The position numbers were made by a program, and so were the translations under genes. 64,000 bases of DNA from positions 558,001 through 622,000 of the forward strand of contig VRMN01000006.1 in assembly GCA_008690995.1 (NCBI GenBank), given 5' to 3'. Source of the DNA: Porphyridium purpureum (taxonomy: Eukaryota). Shown in pieces: positions 38,469 to 48,874 of the stretch. A model generated the notes under the pieces. That model did no database searches, had not been told where the DNA came from, and saw only the letters and a program-made list of their open reading frames with translations. Position 1 is the stretch's first letter; each line of letters starts with the position of its first letter.

Positions 38469-41400
38469 ATGGACCTGGAAGAGTTTAAGAACGGCTCTGT
38501 GCTTAGATTGTTCATGCAAGATTTCTTGACGTTCAGTCGCGTGGAGTTTGAGCCGGGTCCGCGGCTGAACCTCGTGCTGGGGCCGAACGGAGCAGGCAAG
38601 TCCACGATTGTCAATGCACTGTGCATCGTGTTTGCAGGTAAGCTGGGCTTGCTGGCGCGCTCGCCAAAGCTCGCAGACTTTGTGAAGCACGGCGCGTCGA
38701 GGGCCGTGGTAGAGGCACACGTGCGTGATGAAAGCAAGCCCAAGGGTTACACAGTCGTACGTCGCGACTTTGATTCGAGCGGTGCGTCTGTTTGGTCACT
38801 GGACAAGAAAAGATGTACAGAGAACGATGTGAAGGCGTGGCGGCTGGGCCTGAACATCCAGATTGAAAACCTATGCCATTTCCAGCCTCAGGAGCGCGTG
38901 CAAGAGTTTTCGATGCTCGGCAAGAAGGAGCTGCTTAACTACACGCTGAGCGCCATCGTTGGCGACGATTTCCGCGACTCTCTCGATGCGCTGCGTGAGG
39001 AGTATCGGAACCTGAATGCTAGCGTGCGCGACGATGAAACAGACGCCAAAAAACTGGATGAGCTCAAGCAGAAAAATGCGCGCATCATGACGGACGTGCA
39101 GGCGTACAGGGAGCGGGAAAAGTATTTGGCGCAGGCGGAGAAGCTTAAACGCATGCGCCCGTGGATTTCGTCGGAGATTGAGCGCCGCAAGTGTGTCGAG
39201 CTCAAAAATAAGTTGGATCAGCTCAGGCGTGAGCTCAAGGTCGCCGAGGACGCCCTGACGGTTCGGCAAATGGAGTTTGACCCGCTTAAGAAGCACGTGG
39301 AAGAACATGAAAGAACTTTTGGGAAGCTGAAAGGTTTGTGCAAGAAGAGCGAGGCCAGAGTCAGTGAAGTACTGACAGACTCTGAAAAGGTTGAGCTCAG
39401 AATTGAGGAGAATAGGCGCGAGATTAGCGATGCGATACAACGTTCAGAGCGGCTGCAGCGAGACATATTGCACATTCAGCGCGAGTTGAATCAGCTGGAC
39501 GAAATGGTAGCATCGTCTGGCCCAGTGAGCATGCGAGAGATCGATGGCAAATTTGCAGAGCTGCGCTCATTGCGCGAAGGATACGAGACTGACTTTCAGC
39601 GCTTCAAGCGCCGCGATGGTGAACTGTGCAACCTGCTGCGTCGCAATGAGCGCGCGCTCCAGAATCTGGAACAGGAGATACGCAGGATGGACAATTTGCG
39701 CTTTCAGAAACTTCGGCAGCTAGCCAACGAGCTTCCGCATATCGAGGCTGTCGTTCAATGGATCGCGGAGAATCGCCATGCATTTCACGGCGAAGTTTTC
39801 GGTCCAGTGGCGCTGGAGCTCAAAGTGAGCGACGAGTTCCACGAGCGCGTGGTCGAGTCTGTGATTCCGCGCTGGATGCGGCTTGCCTTTGTGTGTCAGA
39901 GCCGCGAGGACCTGAGTATGCTCACGCGCGCCATGGATCAGCATCGCTGGTATGGAGTGAACGCCTTAAGTACGCCGTCAGATCCTCTGTTCAACATGCA
40001 AGGCCGGCACAATCTCGCCGACCTGGAGTCGATGGGACTCTACGCGTATGTCAAGGACATTTTTGACGCACCAGACGCCGTCAAGCGCGTGCTTGCCGCG
40101 CACTCGAACGTGCACGAAATTTTGGTGGGCAATGAAAACGCCACCCAGAACAAGGACAAGATCATCGAGTATGGCGTGCGCACATTTTTCACGCCTGTTG
40201 GCGTGTACGCAGTCAAAATGTCTCGTTACTCGTCGACGGCGTCGACGCGTATTGAGCCGTTGAAGCGATGCGACGGCGTTTTCCGAGGTGGCTCTCCAAA
40301 CCCAGAGGAGCTGGAAGCGCTCGAGGAGGAGAAACGCCGGATTATGCTCGCGCGAGACGAGTACGTGCTCGAAATGGAGCATGTACGCAACGCAACTCAA
40401 GAATGCGGCCAGAAAATTTCGGCTGCGAGCGTAGAGATTGAGAACCTTCGGCGCGAGAAAAAGCGACTACAGGACGTCGAGCGTACGCGCAGGCTCAAGC
40501 AAGACAGGCTCGACCAGCTGAAGCTCGAGATCGAGCGCATGGATGTGGGAAAGACGAAGGACGAGCTGGAACGGAGCATTGGGCATTGCAAAGCGCAACT
40601 AGCGGCACAGGTCCCCTTGCTCGTGGAGCGGCTACGTGAGAATGCTGCGAGCTTGCGCGCGTGCGACGAGGCACTGATTCTTGTAGCCGAGAGTCGGCTG
40701 CAGCTCAGTCGCAAGGAAGGAGAGAGCGAAGACCTACGCAGGACAGTTCGCACTAAAAAAGTTGTTTGCACTGATGTTGAGAAGCAGTACCATGAGATGA
40801 TGGGAAACTTCAAGAGGCTCAAGCGCCGCGCCGAGGAAACCTGTCCACTCGCCGAAAACCAGGATTTTCTCGCAGAGATGTTTCAGCAATTGTCACAAGA
40901 CAACCCGCTGGCCGTGTACGATGAGCTGATCCAGAAGGAGCTTTCACGGGCAAACACGTTTGGTGCCATGAATGGGCGCATCGTGGAGGAGTATGAGGCA
41001 CGAGAGACGGAAATTGCTAGGTTAGAGCGCAAGGTGGCCAAGCACCGAGAACGGCATGACTCTCAGCGCGCAACACTAGACCAGAAGAAGGCGGAGTTCC
41101 TCCTCAAACTCAACGATTGTATGACCAAGGTGAGCACAAACTTTTCTCGAGGCTTCCATGAGATTGGATGCAGCGGTGAGCTGGGGCTGCTGAATGCGGA
41201 AGAGACATCGAACCTCGACGATATTGAAATTGACATTCGTGTATCATATCGGCAGGGCTGTGCACTGGAGTCGTTGAATGGCATGACGCAGTCTGGTGGA
41301 GAGCGCATGGTGGCCACCATGATGTACTTGTTCAGTCTGGAAGGCCAGACTCGGGCGCCTTTCCGATGTGTTGACGAAATGAACCAAGGTATGGATGCTA

Positions 41401-41594
41401 GCAATGAGCGGCAGATCATGAACATGATGATTCGGCGCGGCGAAGAGAAGGACTATCCCCAGATGTTTCTGATCACGCCCAAGCTGCTTTCCAACCTTGA
41501 TTACCAGGACAGCACCGTGACACATGTAATTCTCAACGGTGACCTGAACGCTGCCGAGATTCTTGGCGCTACCAAGCGCTTGCGCTTGTCGTGA
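38469..41594 (+). CDS. SMC5: Structural maintenance of chromosomes protein 5
   Basis: PGPRLNLVLGPNGAGKST, NIQIENLCHF.PQERV.EF, long coiled coils with hinge, QSGGER.V.TMMYL, PFR.VDE.NQGMD..NER, FLITPKLL. Confidence 0.96.
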   Translation: MDLEEFKNGSVLRLFMQDFLTFSRVEFEPGPRLNLVLGPNGAGKSTIVNALCIVFAGKLGLLARSPKLADFVKHGASRAVVEAHVRDESKPKGYTVVRRDFDSSGASVWSLDKKRCTENDVKAWRLGLNIQIENLCHFQPQERVQEFSMLGKKELLNYTLSAIVGDDFRDSLDALREEYRNLNASVRDDETDAKKLDELKQKNARIMTDVQAYREREKYLAQAEKLKRMRPWISSEIERRKCVELKNKLDQLRRELKVAEDALTVRQMEFDPLKKHVEEHERTFGKLKGLCKKSEARVSEVLTDSEKVELRIEENRREISDAIQRSERLQRDILHIQRELNQLDEMVASSGPVSMREIDGKFAELRSLREGYETDFQRFKRRDGELCNLLRRNERALQNLEQEIRRMDNLRFQKLRQLANELPHIEAVVQWIAENRHAFHGEVFGPVALELKVSDEFHERVVESVIPRWMRLAFVCQSREDLSMLTRAMDQHRWYGVNALSTPSDPLFNMQGRHNLADLESMGLYAYVKDIFDAPDAVKRVLAAHSNVHEILVGNENATQNKDKIIEYGVRTFFTPVGVYAVKMSRYSSTASTRIEPLKRCDGVFRGGSPNPEELEALEEEKRRIMLARDEYVLEMEHVRNATQECGQKISAASVEIENLRREKKRLQDVERTRRLKQDRLDQLKLEIERMDVGKTKDELERSIGHCKAQLAAQVPLLVERLRENAASLRACDEALILVAESRLQLSRKEGESEDLRRTVRTKKVVCTDVEKQYHEMMGNFKRLKRRAEETCPLAENQDFLAEMFQQLSQDNPLAVYDELIQKELSRANTFGAMNGRIVEEYEARETEIARLERKVAKHRERHDSQRATLDQKKAEFLLKLNDCMTKVSTNFSRGFHEIGCSGELGLLNAEETSNLDDIEIDIRVSYRQGCALESLNGMTQSGGERMVATMMYLFSLEGQTRAPFRCVDEMNQGMDASNERQIMNMMIRRGEEKDYPQMFLITPKLLSNLDYQDSTVTHVILNGDLNAAEILGATKRLRLS

Positions 41595-42162
41595 AAATAG
41601 CAGCGCTTGGAATGGTGGGAACGGATGATTCGAACCCCAGAAAGTGCACGACCGGGAGTCAAGGTCCCCCATCTACCTTGCGGTCACCGGGTAGATCCTA
41701 ATGTGCCCGCCGTATGCATGCTTGAAGCGAAAATTTTGACTGCATTCCGAGGCGCCTGAAAGAGGGAGTGGCTCGCCTAGAATGGCAGCGTGCACGCATG
41801 CGTGCGTCAGTATGCCTAGCTTTCCATGTTCTCGGGGGAAATAGAATCGGGAAGTTGCTAAGTTTATGGCTAGAGATGCTTTGTGTGGTGATCGCTGGGA
41901 AACGGCCCTGTGCCTTTCTTCCTGCATAAGTCGCGAAGCGAGCGGATTTACAGACCTGCCGTGCGCTTGAACTGCGTCGCAATTGGAACGGAAGAGCTTT
42001 CTTTCAAACGATTTATCGACTTGGAAGCCGCGAAATGTTTCTAATTTTGCTTACCCGATTAAGCACAAAGTTGGTGCAACGCTGCTTTTAGCGCAAGGCG
42101 CAGCTTTCCACGCGTAGTGCATTATAAAAAAGGTATTATAATATCTTGGTCTATCGTCTTGT

Positions 42163-44580
42163 CTACGATCGCTTGCCAAACTTTTCCTTAAGCTTGGTGA
42201 GCAATCCGCGAGAATGCTTCTCCTCACGCGGCGATGTCCACTTCTCGGGCCCCTTCAAGGACGGGGCACGGCGACTTTTCACCGCCTGCGATAAAGCGGC
42301 GCGACGATCTTCGATGGCTCGCCCAATAGATTGGCGACGGCTTTGTACTGCTTGAGAAAAAGCAGCGCCACGGTCGCTGATAACTTTGCCTCCATCTTTC
42401 AGGGCATGTCCTAAACCGCCTAGCCGATTTTTAAGGTTTCGGCCAAGCTCTTCGCGACGCTCATTCGCCACGTGCTGCATGGTCGTCTTGCGACTCGTCT
42501 CTGTCGCCTCGCGCTTATCCGCCTCCCGAGGTAAAGATCCGCCCTTCTTAACAGCTTGAGTGATGGCGTCGCGGCGATCATTAAATGCCTTGCCGAGATC
42601 ACTGCGACGCTCGTTGAGTGCCTGCGAAAAGGCAGCGCCACGATCTTGCATCGACTGTCCCCTACCATTGAGAGGCTTCGTCGTCGAAGACGGGGAAGGC
42701 CTGCCACGATCTTTCACGGCCTCTCCAAGCGTCCTGCCACGATCCTGGACCGCATGCCAAAGCGACAAGGCCGCATTTCGCGAGGACGATGGCGATCCTG
42801 TCGATTCTGTCGACTCTTTCGCTGGTGGCGATCTCGCTGACGATGAGCTGCCGGCCAGGGAATCGAGATATGAGCCAGAGAAGGCTCCACCATAAGATGA
42901 CCGCGACCCACTCACAACATCCGAGCTTCTGCCGTTTCCGTTACCTATCGCTTTCGTGTCCAGCGTCTTTCGTCGTCCAGCCGCCTCTGGCGCTTTCTGA
43001 ACAGGAATCGGGGCCGTAGCTTTCAACTCATACCGAGGTGACGGGGTGTGGCTTGAAACCGGAGTCATGTCCAATGCCGCGCAGGTCCACAGAAACACAT
43101 CGACAGCGCTTGAACCTCCTTCGTGCATGAAGAAATACTCCTCTGGAGAGCATGCAGGTATCACGGCCGGGGATGACACGAAATCCTCGCGGGGCATGAC
43201 GTCCGCGGCCAGAAGAATCCCGGACGGCAAGGCAGCAGTGATCGGAAGTCCTTCGGCCAACATACTGGATGGAGAATGGCTCGGCTGCAACTCGGTGTAC
43301 AAACTCGAAAGCACAGGGATGGGCAGCAACTCGACTTGTGCGACTGCAGGCAGCTCAGTCTTTGCCTCAGATTTAAAAACCGGCGCGACCACGTCAGTGC
43401 TTGGACTTAGGTTGAAATCCCGCCCGCTGTTTCTGATCTCCTGCAAGTCGGCCGAGATGGTATCCGCAATGGTCTCCAATGGCAACGTGACGCAAGGCAC
43501 CTTTCTGTGCACCCAAAAGGGATCCTCAATCAGGTTTCCAATCTCCTCGATCGAAAATAGCGCGCCGGCCACAAAGGCCATGATGGGTACCACAAGGATA
43601 CCCGTGCTCTTGACGAGAATAACCGGCCACGTGAAACACCACAACGCAATAAAGCGACTGGTATGTTGGGCGTAGACTAACGGCACTGGAGTCTTGACAA
43701 TACGCTCGCACGCGCCCATAGCGTCAATCAAGTCCGCAATGCCGCGCTCCAACGTATCGCGCTCAGCCCATGTGTTGCCGCCGCGAAAGCCTCGCTTTTC
43801 ATACACTTCCGCGGTGTAGCGCGACACCAGCCGCATAATATACAGCGGACGATTACGCGCCTTCACGTAAAGGTCCCAGTCTTCCACAGGAAGTAATTCG
43901 CGAATGTCCGAGCTTGGTTCCTGCTGCCCGCGCAGATGGTTGGCCAGACTCTTTGAGAACGCAGCCAACAATCGAATGAGCTTCTGCGCCATCTTGGGGT
44001 TGGGAGCGTCCGAGTCGGGTCCAATCCAATTCATGATACCGGAGGCCATGCTCCTCGAGCGATTCACAATATAGTTCCACAGCTTGCGGCCCTCCCAAAA
44101 GCGGTCGTACGCCGAATTGGTCCTAAACACAAGCAGCAAGCCCATGACGGTACCCAACATACTGTAGGGAACGGGAGCAATCTGCCAGATATGCCAGTCT
44201 GGGTAGCGCTCGTACAGGTAAAGCACGAGCCCCGATACAGCCGTGTTTGCAACCAGGTGCGATCCGATACGGCCCAGGACGCGGGAGCTGGGCCAGGTCT
44301 GCAGGCTCTTGACCCAATCAGCGGACGTATACCTCTCTGGCCGCACGATGGCCATGTGCAGATGCGACGCTGCGCCGCAGGCTCTTGATCCTGACCTACT
44401 CTTCACCCAGACGCGCCTTGTGCCAAACTGTGCAGCGACCACGCGACCACTTTCAAGAACGCCTCTGCGTTCGTCTCTGCTTCGGCGTCTGCTGCTGCTT
44501 CCGCTCGCGCTTGCGCTCGACACTGCCGCGCAGCGCGGTACAGCGGCATGCACCGCCATAAAGGCCGCGCTAGGCGCCAT
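42163..44580 (-). CDS. Plastid bestrophin-like anion channel (UPF0187/VCCN/BST) with ~420-aa C-terminal extension
   Basis: Transit peptide; LLLVFRTNSAYDRFWEGRK.W, GACERIVKTPVP..Y..HTSRF, IEEIG..IEDPF; the frame continues with an S/P-rich then 11-mer-repeat tail. Confidence 0.92.
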   Translation of the reverse strand: MAPSAAFMAVHAAVPRCAAVSSASASGSSSRRRSRDERRGVLESGRVVAAQFGTRRVWVKSRSGSRACGAASHLHMAIVRPERYTSADWVKSLQTWPSSRVLGRIGSHLVANTAVSGLVLYLYERYPDWHIWQIAPVPYSMLGTVMGLLLVFRTNSAYDRFWEGRKLWNYIVNRSRSMASGIMNWIGPDSDAPNPKMAQKLIRLLAAFSKSLANHLRGQQEPSSDIRELLPVEDWDLYVKARNRPLYIMRLVSRYTAEVYEKRGFRGGNTWAERDTLERGIADLIDAMGACERIVKTPVPLVYAQHTSRFIALWCFTWPVILVKSTGILVVPIMAFVAGALFSIEEIGNLIEDPFWVHRKVPCVTLPLETIADTISADLQEIRNSGRDFNLSPSTDVVAPVFKSEAKTELPAVAQVELLPIPVLSSLYTELQPSHSPSSMLAEGLPITAALPSGILLAADVMPREDFVSSPAVIPACSPEEYFFMHEGGSSAVDVFLWTCAALDMTPVSSHTPSPRYELKATAPIPVQKAPEAAGRRKTLDTKAIGNGNGRSSDVVSGSRSSYGGAFSGSYLDSLAGSSSSARSPPAKESTESTGSPSSSRNAALSLWHAVQDRGRTLGEAVKDRGRPSPSSTTKPLNGRGQSMQDRGAAFSQALNERRSDLGKAFNDRRDAITQAVKKGGSLPREADKREATETSRKTTMQHVANERREELGRNLKNRLGGLGHALKDGGKVISDRGAAFSQAVQSRRQSIGRAIEDRRAALSQAVKSRRAPSLKGPEKWTSPREEKHSRGLLTKLKEKFGKRS

Positions 44581-44989
44581 CTCAACCTCCTCCCGCCTTC
44601 CGACTCAGCCCAGCGCGCCGGATCGTCGACGACTTGGTCTCCGTCTGCTTCTCCCACCTCGCACCAGATCACCGCACTTCTGGTTCAAGCGCGTCGAGAA
44701 AATCTCCATTTCATAGTAAAATGAGTCCGTTTTATGATTTTCTGGGATGCTGCTCGCTGCGTGCGTTCTGCGCACCGGGCAACACGCTCGTGCCGCAGCA
44801 GCTGACTCGCAGGGCTCACGCCTGGAATGTGCGCGACTCGGCTTGAATTGCGTGGAGATATCGGTTCCGCGCCGAGGAGCACGGCGCTCGCCTGATGTGG
44901 TGTGATGGAACACGTGGTGCCGCGCAAGCGCGAACCTTGAGACCCTCGGCTGATCGTGCGTTCCAACGCATGCGGCAGAGCCGTCCACA

Positions 44990-45140
44990 GCGATCGTTCC
45001 AGGTGGATGAGAAGCAGAGACCACTGGGACTCGATTCCGCAATTGATTAGGCTCTTTGCTTGCGCTCGGCCGAGTGTGTGCTTCAGGTGCTTGACCCACG
45101 CAGCGGACGTATGGTACCTGTCCGGCCGCAGAATTTCCAT
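44990..45140 (-). pseudogene. Decayed 5' fragment of a bestrophin-like paralogue
   Basis: 45091-45140 encodes MEILRPDRYHTSAAWVK versus MAIVRPERYTSADWVK in the neighbour, with clear nucleotide similarity to ~44309-44355; the downstream channel motifs are absent. Confidence 0.6.
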
Positions 45141-45456
45141 GCGAAGAGGCGAACCCACGGGCGCGCCCCACCATAGAACACAGCACTGATGCTGCTCACA
45201 CTGTACGTGTGGAGTCCGGCTCCTACGAGCTGCAGCTTTTTGTGAAATTCGGAAAGAATGAGGATTTAGTATCGTTAGCTGGTATTCTTCGAGACGTTCA
45301 TAATCAATAATGGTGTCAACAGTTAAGTGGCATATCTGCGTGCCACGCGAAAGAGGTGCTTGCATCCACCTGCAAGCTTCTATGCAAGCAAAGTGCTCTC
45401 GTTGCTTTTGTGCTCGCATTCGCAGTCACGTTTTCAGTGCAGTAAATGTCGCTCGT

Positions 45457-46755
45457 TCATGCCTGCACCGACCCATTGCTCGTGTCGGTGTCTCCACGTA
45501 TAATCCGAGTGTTGCCCGTCTCCCCAACCTCCACGACTGCTCCTTGCTCCTCGACAACATTCTCTCTGAGTCGAAGCAAGCTCTCTGGTCTCCAAAGCAA
45601 GATATGTTCGACCTCCGTCTGAAGAGCTCCGTCGTCTTTGGCGCCATCCGCGAGGCGCTTGGCGAAAAAGTCCTCACCAATCTGACTCCTGATGTCCTGC
45701 AAGTCGCCAAAGAGTTCGTTTGCAAAGTTTTCCAATTTCAGGGTGACGCAAGGCACGCTTGGATTCACCCAAAAGGGGTCCTCAATCAAGTTGCGAATGA
45801 CCTCGACCGAGAAAAGTCCTCCTGCAACAAACGCAGTGGTAGGCACGACAAAGACGCCCACGTGCCGAACCAGAATGACTGGCCAGATGAGGCACCACAA
45901 CGCAATGATGCGGCTTGTCCACTCACCGTAGACCAGTGGCACGGGCGTCTTGGCAATACGTTCGCACATACCCATGTCGTTCATCAAATCCGTAATGCCA
46001 CGCTCCAAAATCTCGCGCTCCGCGCTGGTATTGCCGGCGCGGACGCCACGATGCTTTGTATATACTTCCGCCACGTACCGTGAAAAGAGCCGCAGAATGA
46101 AGAGCGGGCGGTTGCGTGCTACTACGTATCGCTGCCAGTCCTCGGCAGGCACCAGCTCACAAATGACCGGGCTCGGCTCCTCGATTCCGCGCAAGTGCTT
46201 TGAGAGGCTCATGGGGAACGCAGCTAGCAGCTTAATGAGCTTATGTGCCATCTCTGGCTCAGCTGCGTCAGATTCTGGACCAAGCCAGCTGAAAACACCC
46301 ACCGCCAAGGTGCGCGTGCGATTCATCACCGAGCCCCACACGGTGCATCCTTCCCAAAAGCGCTCGTACGCAGAATTGGTTCTGAAGCCCAAGAGGTTGC
46401 CCATGAAGCCACTCATAATCATGAATGGCACCGGGTCGAGCTGCCAGAGCTCGCAGTCGGGAAAGCCCTCGTACAGGCCGAACACCAGCGCTGCAACGGC
46501 AGTGTTAGCGATCACATGTGAGCTAATGCAGCGCAGAATACGCGACTTGGGCAGCGTCACAAGCGCTTTGACCCAGTAGTTGGGAGAGTACCTTTCCTCG
46601 CGAACGAGGGCCATCCGTACATCGCTTGCCTGGCGCGTGGTCGTTCGCCTCTGCGAACATGCCGCACCAACTGTGCAACGGCTCTCTTTTTCGAGCGCGC
46701 GCACGTGACGGGTTCTGGGATGGACCTGCGTCACGGCACTCACAAAGGCGGTCAT
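45457..46755 (-). CDS. Plastid bestrophin-like protein, divergent paralogue
   Basis: MTAFV transit peptide; FRTNSAYERFWEG, CERIAKTPVP, IEDPF. Confidence 0.9.
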   Translation of the reverse strand: MTAFVSAVTQVHPRTRHVRALEKESRCTVGAACSQRRTTTRQASDVRMALVREERYSPNYWVKALVTLPKSRILRCISSHVIANTAVAALVFGLYEGFPDCELWQLDPVPFMIMSGFMGNLLGFRTNSAYERFWEGCTVWGSVMNRTRTLAVGVFSWLGPESDAAEPEMAHKLIKLLAAFPMSLSKHLRGIEEPSPVICELVPAEDWQRYVVARNRPLFILRLFSRYVAEVYTKHRGVRAGNTSAEREILERGITDLMNDMGMCERIAKTPVPLVYGEWTSRIIALWCLIWPVILVRHVGVFVVPTTAFVAGGLFSVEVIRNLIEDPFWVNPSVPCVTLKLENFANELFGDLQDIRSQIGEDFFAKRLADGAKDDGALQTEVEHILLWRPESLLRLRENVVEEQGAVVEVGETGNTRIIRGDTDTSNGSVQA

Positions 46756-48874
46756 CGTGTCTTTCGCTGCAGCGCGACTGCGCGCGTGAAACAAAGGCGA
46801 CCTTTCTCTTCCAGGCTTCTGCAACCACCTTCTTGAAGCAGAGGATGTCTGTCTGTGCCTGTGTCTGTGTGGCGTGTGCACCGCAGCGTCAACCACTCCG
46901 ACCCATCAGTGCGTGACACACTATACAACGAGAAGCAGAATCCAGCCCAATCCATCTGATCCCCGTGTCTGCACTGTCAACACCTTTGTATTTCTCCAGT
47001 CTGGCCGAGCCGTTCGTCATCAGCGCACGTGTCACACACTGCGTTCGCGTCACTTTTGTAAGGTGCCGCTTTGTCAACCACCCGCCAGCAAGAAAGCAAG
47101 CAAGCAAGCAAGCAAGCGAGCAAGCGGTAGAGTCTGTAAATCGGGACCGACTTTGCTTTGTGCAACGTTGCGCGTGACTACAAGGACGACGTCGTCATCG
47201 GTACAACATGCCAATGCGGCTCTCTTCCAGAACGAGTTTCAGCCAGCTCACACATCCAGCTGACGCAACTTTCCACCTAATCGGTTTCGGTTCAAAATCC
47301 AGACAAACCGGTTTGCAACCGAGCAAACTGTACCATTACAACATAGACCCATTTCATAGTATCATGCGGATTACTATTACAACACGTGTGTTTTAGTACA
47401 GATGGCATGGGTGTACAGTTGTGGGTGGCATGGCTATTCTTATCGGTTCACATGAGGCGCGAGTGAGAAACCGTTTCGCGAGCGTGCTCCGACGCTGTGG
47501 CATGGAAGGGAAAGATCCACGTCGCTTCGTGGTATCATCCGAGTGAAAGAGATGCACTGGTCATCCACATTGCGCCGTAGATAGTGCGCAAGGAAGCACG
47601 GACGACGATTGCTTTTCGCGCTAATTCAATGGCGAGTGCACCAGTGACCGTCGCGCAACATGGCAAAAGGCGAGCAGAGGCATCTTCGATGCACACGCAG
47701 CGCGTGTCGTAATTGTGGTAGACCCGTACCGTACAGATGTAAAGTTGAGAGATATGCGTCAGGCTGGATCACACGCAGAACTGACTCGGGGCGGAACAGG
47801 ACGCCACGATCTCAGGTCAGCCACACAGGCAGTCAGCCAGCCGCTGATTCTGGCACATGAGCGTGTGCTCTGAAGCGACTGGGTGCCAGCGCTCGCGGCG
47901 TGCCATCCTCATTCGATCATTCTCCCTTTGCTGTGTCAAACTCATGGTTGATTCTTAGTGCTGGCTACGCGACCGAGGCCATCAAGTCAATACGCGTCGC
48001 AGAACTTCGATACAGAACCCGGAGCAGTGAAGCACGCCTCGGGCTTTCTCTGTTAGTCATGCCGGCGTGAAGTTCCTCAAGTCAGCCCAAACTAGAACCA
48101 AGCTGTTAAACAGAGGAGATGTTTTCTGCGGGTTTCGGTGCAGGACGTCCGTCACATGGCAAAGATGCGGTCAAAGCTCTTGGCCTGTGGCCGACCACCG
48201 GAATGATGCCTTTTAACTTCCCGCATGGACTCGCATCGGGTGCTTGAAGCAACCTCAAAGCAGCGTAGACCAACACAAAGCTTGTCCTCAAGTTTTGTGA
48301 GTACATCAACAGTGCAGACAGTACGCGGCAGCTTGACAGTTTAAAAAACTTCATTACGCAAGACGTGACGCAATTTGCCACACGCTCTGCAGTTTCATCT
48401 TCCTGACACGGTTCCGATCGACCTCTTGGCTTATAGAACACCGCTTTTTGGTCTTTTGGCCCCGGCTCCACCTTTCGGGGCTCGCCACCGAAATGCAGGG
48501 ACTGACCGACCCGTCGCCACATGGTCCCGATCGAAGAAGTGCCACGGTGAAGGACGACATAGAGTGCAGGGTGACGCTGACCTCACTCTGACGATGGATG
48601 GACCCAGGTCGGCTTACGACCGGTTGTGGATCCAGCCGAGGTTCAGAAACGACGATGAATCCGACTTGCCCACTAGAGACTCACGCACAACGCCAATTCG
48701 ACACGTGGACCATCGCAAATGCCAAGGCGACGGCATGCCGTCACTTGGAGATGAAACACACCCGCCTGTTGAATTCCTCTGTTCACGCTCGCCCCACCTT
48801 CCAACATTCAATGTTCGATGCATGGCACGTTTTACATCAAGTGTCGCTGTTGACGACACAAGGAGAATCCGAGA

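Noticed and set aside
41612..41670. tRNA-like minus-strand segment (GGTTCGAATC ... CCCACCA)
   Set aside because: The T-stem pairs poorly and there is no room for D and anticodon arms; not called as a tRNA.
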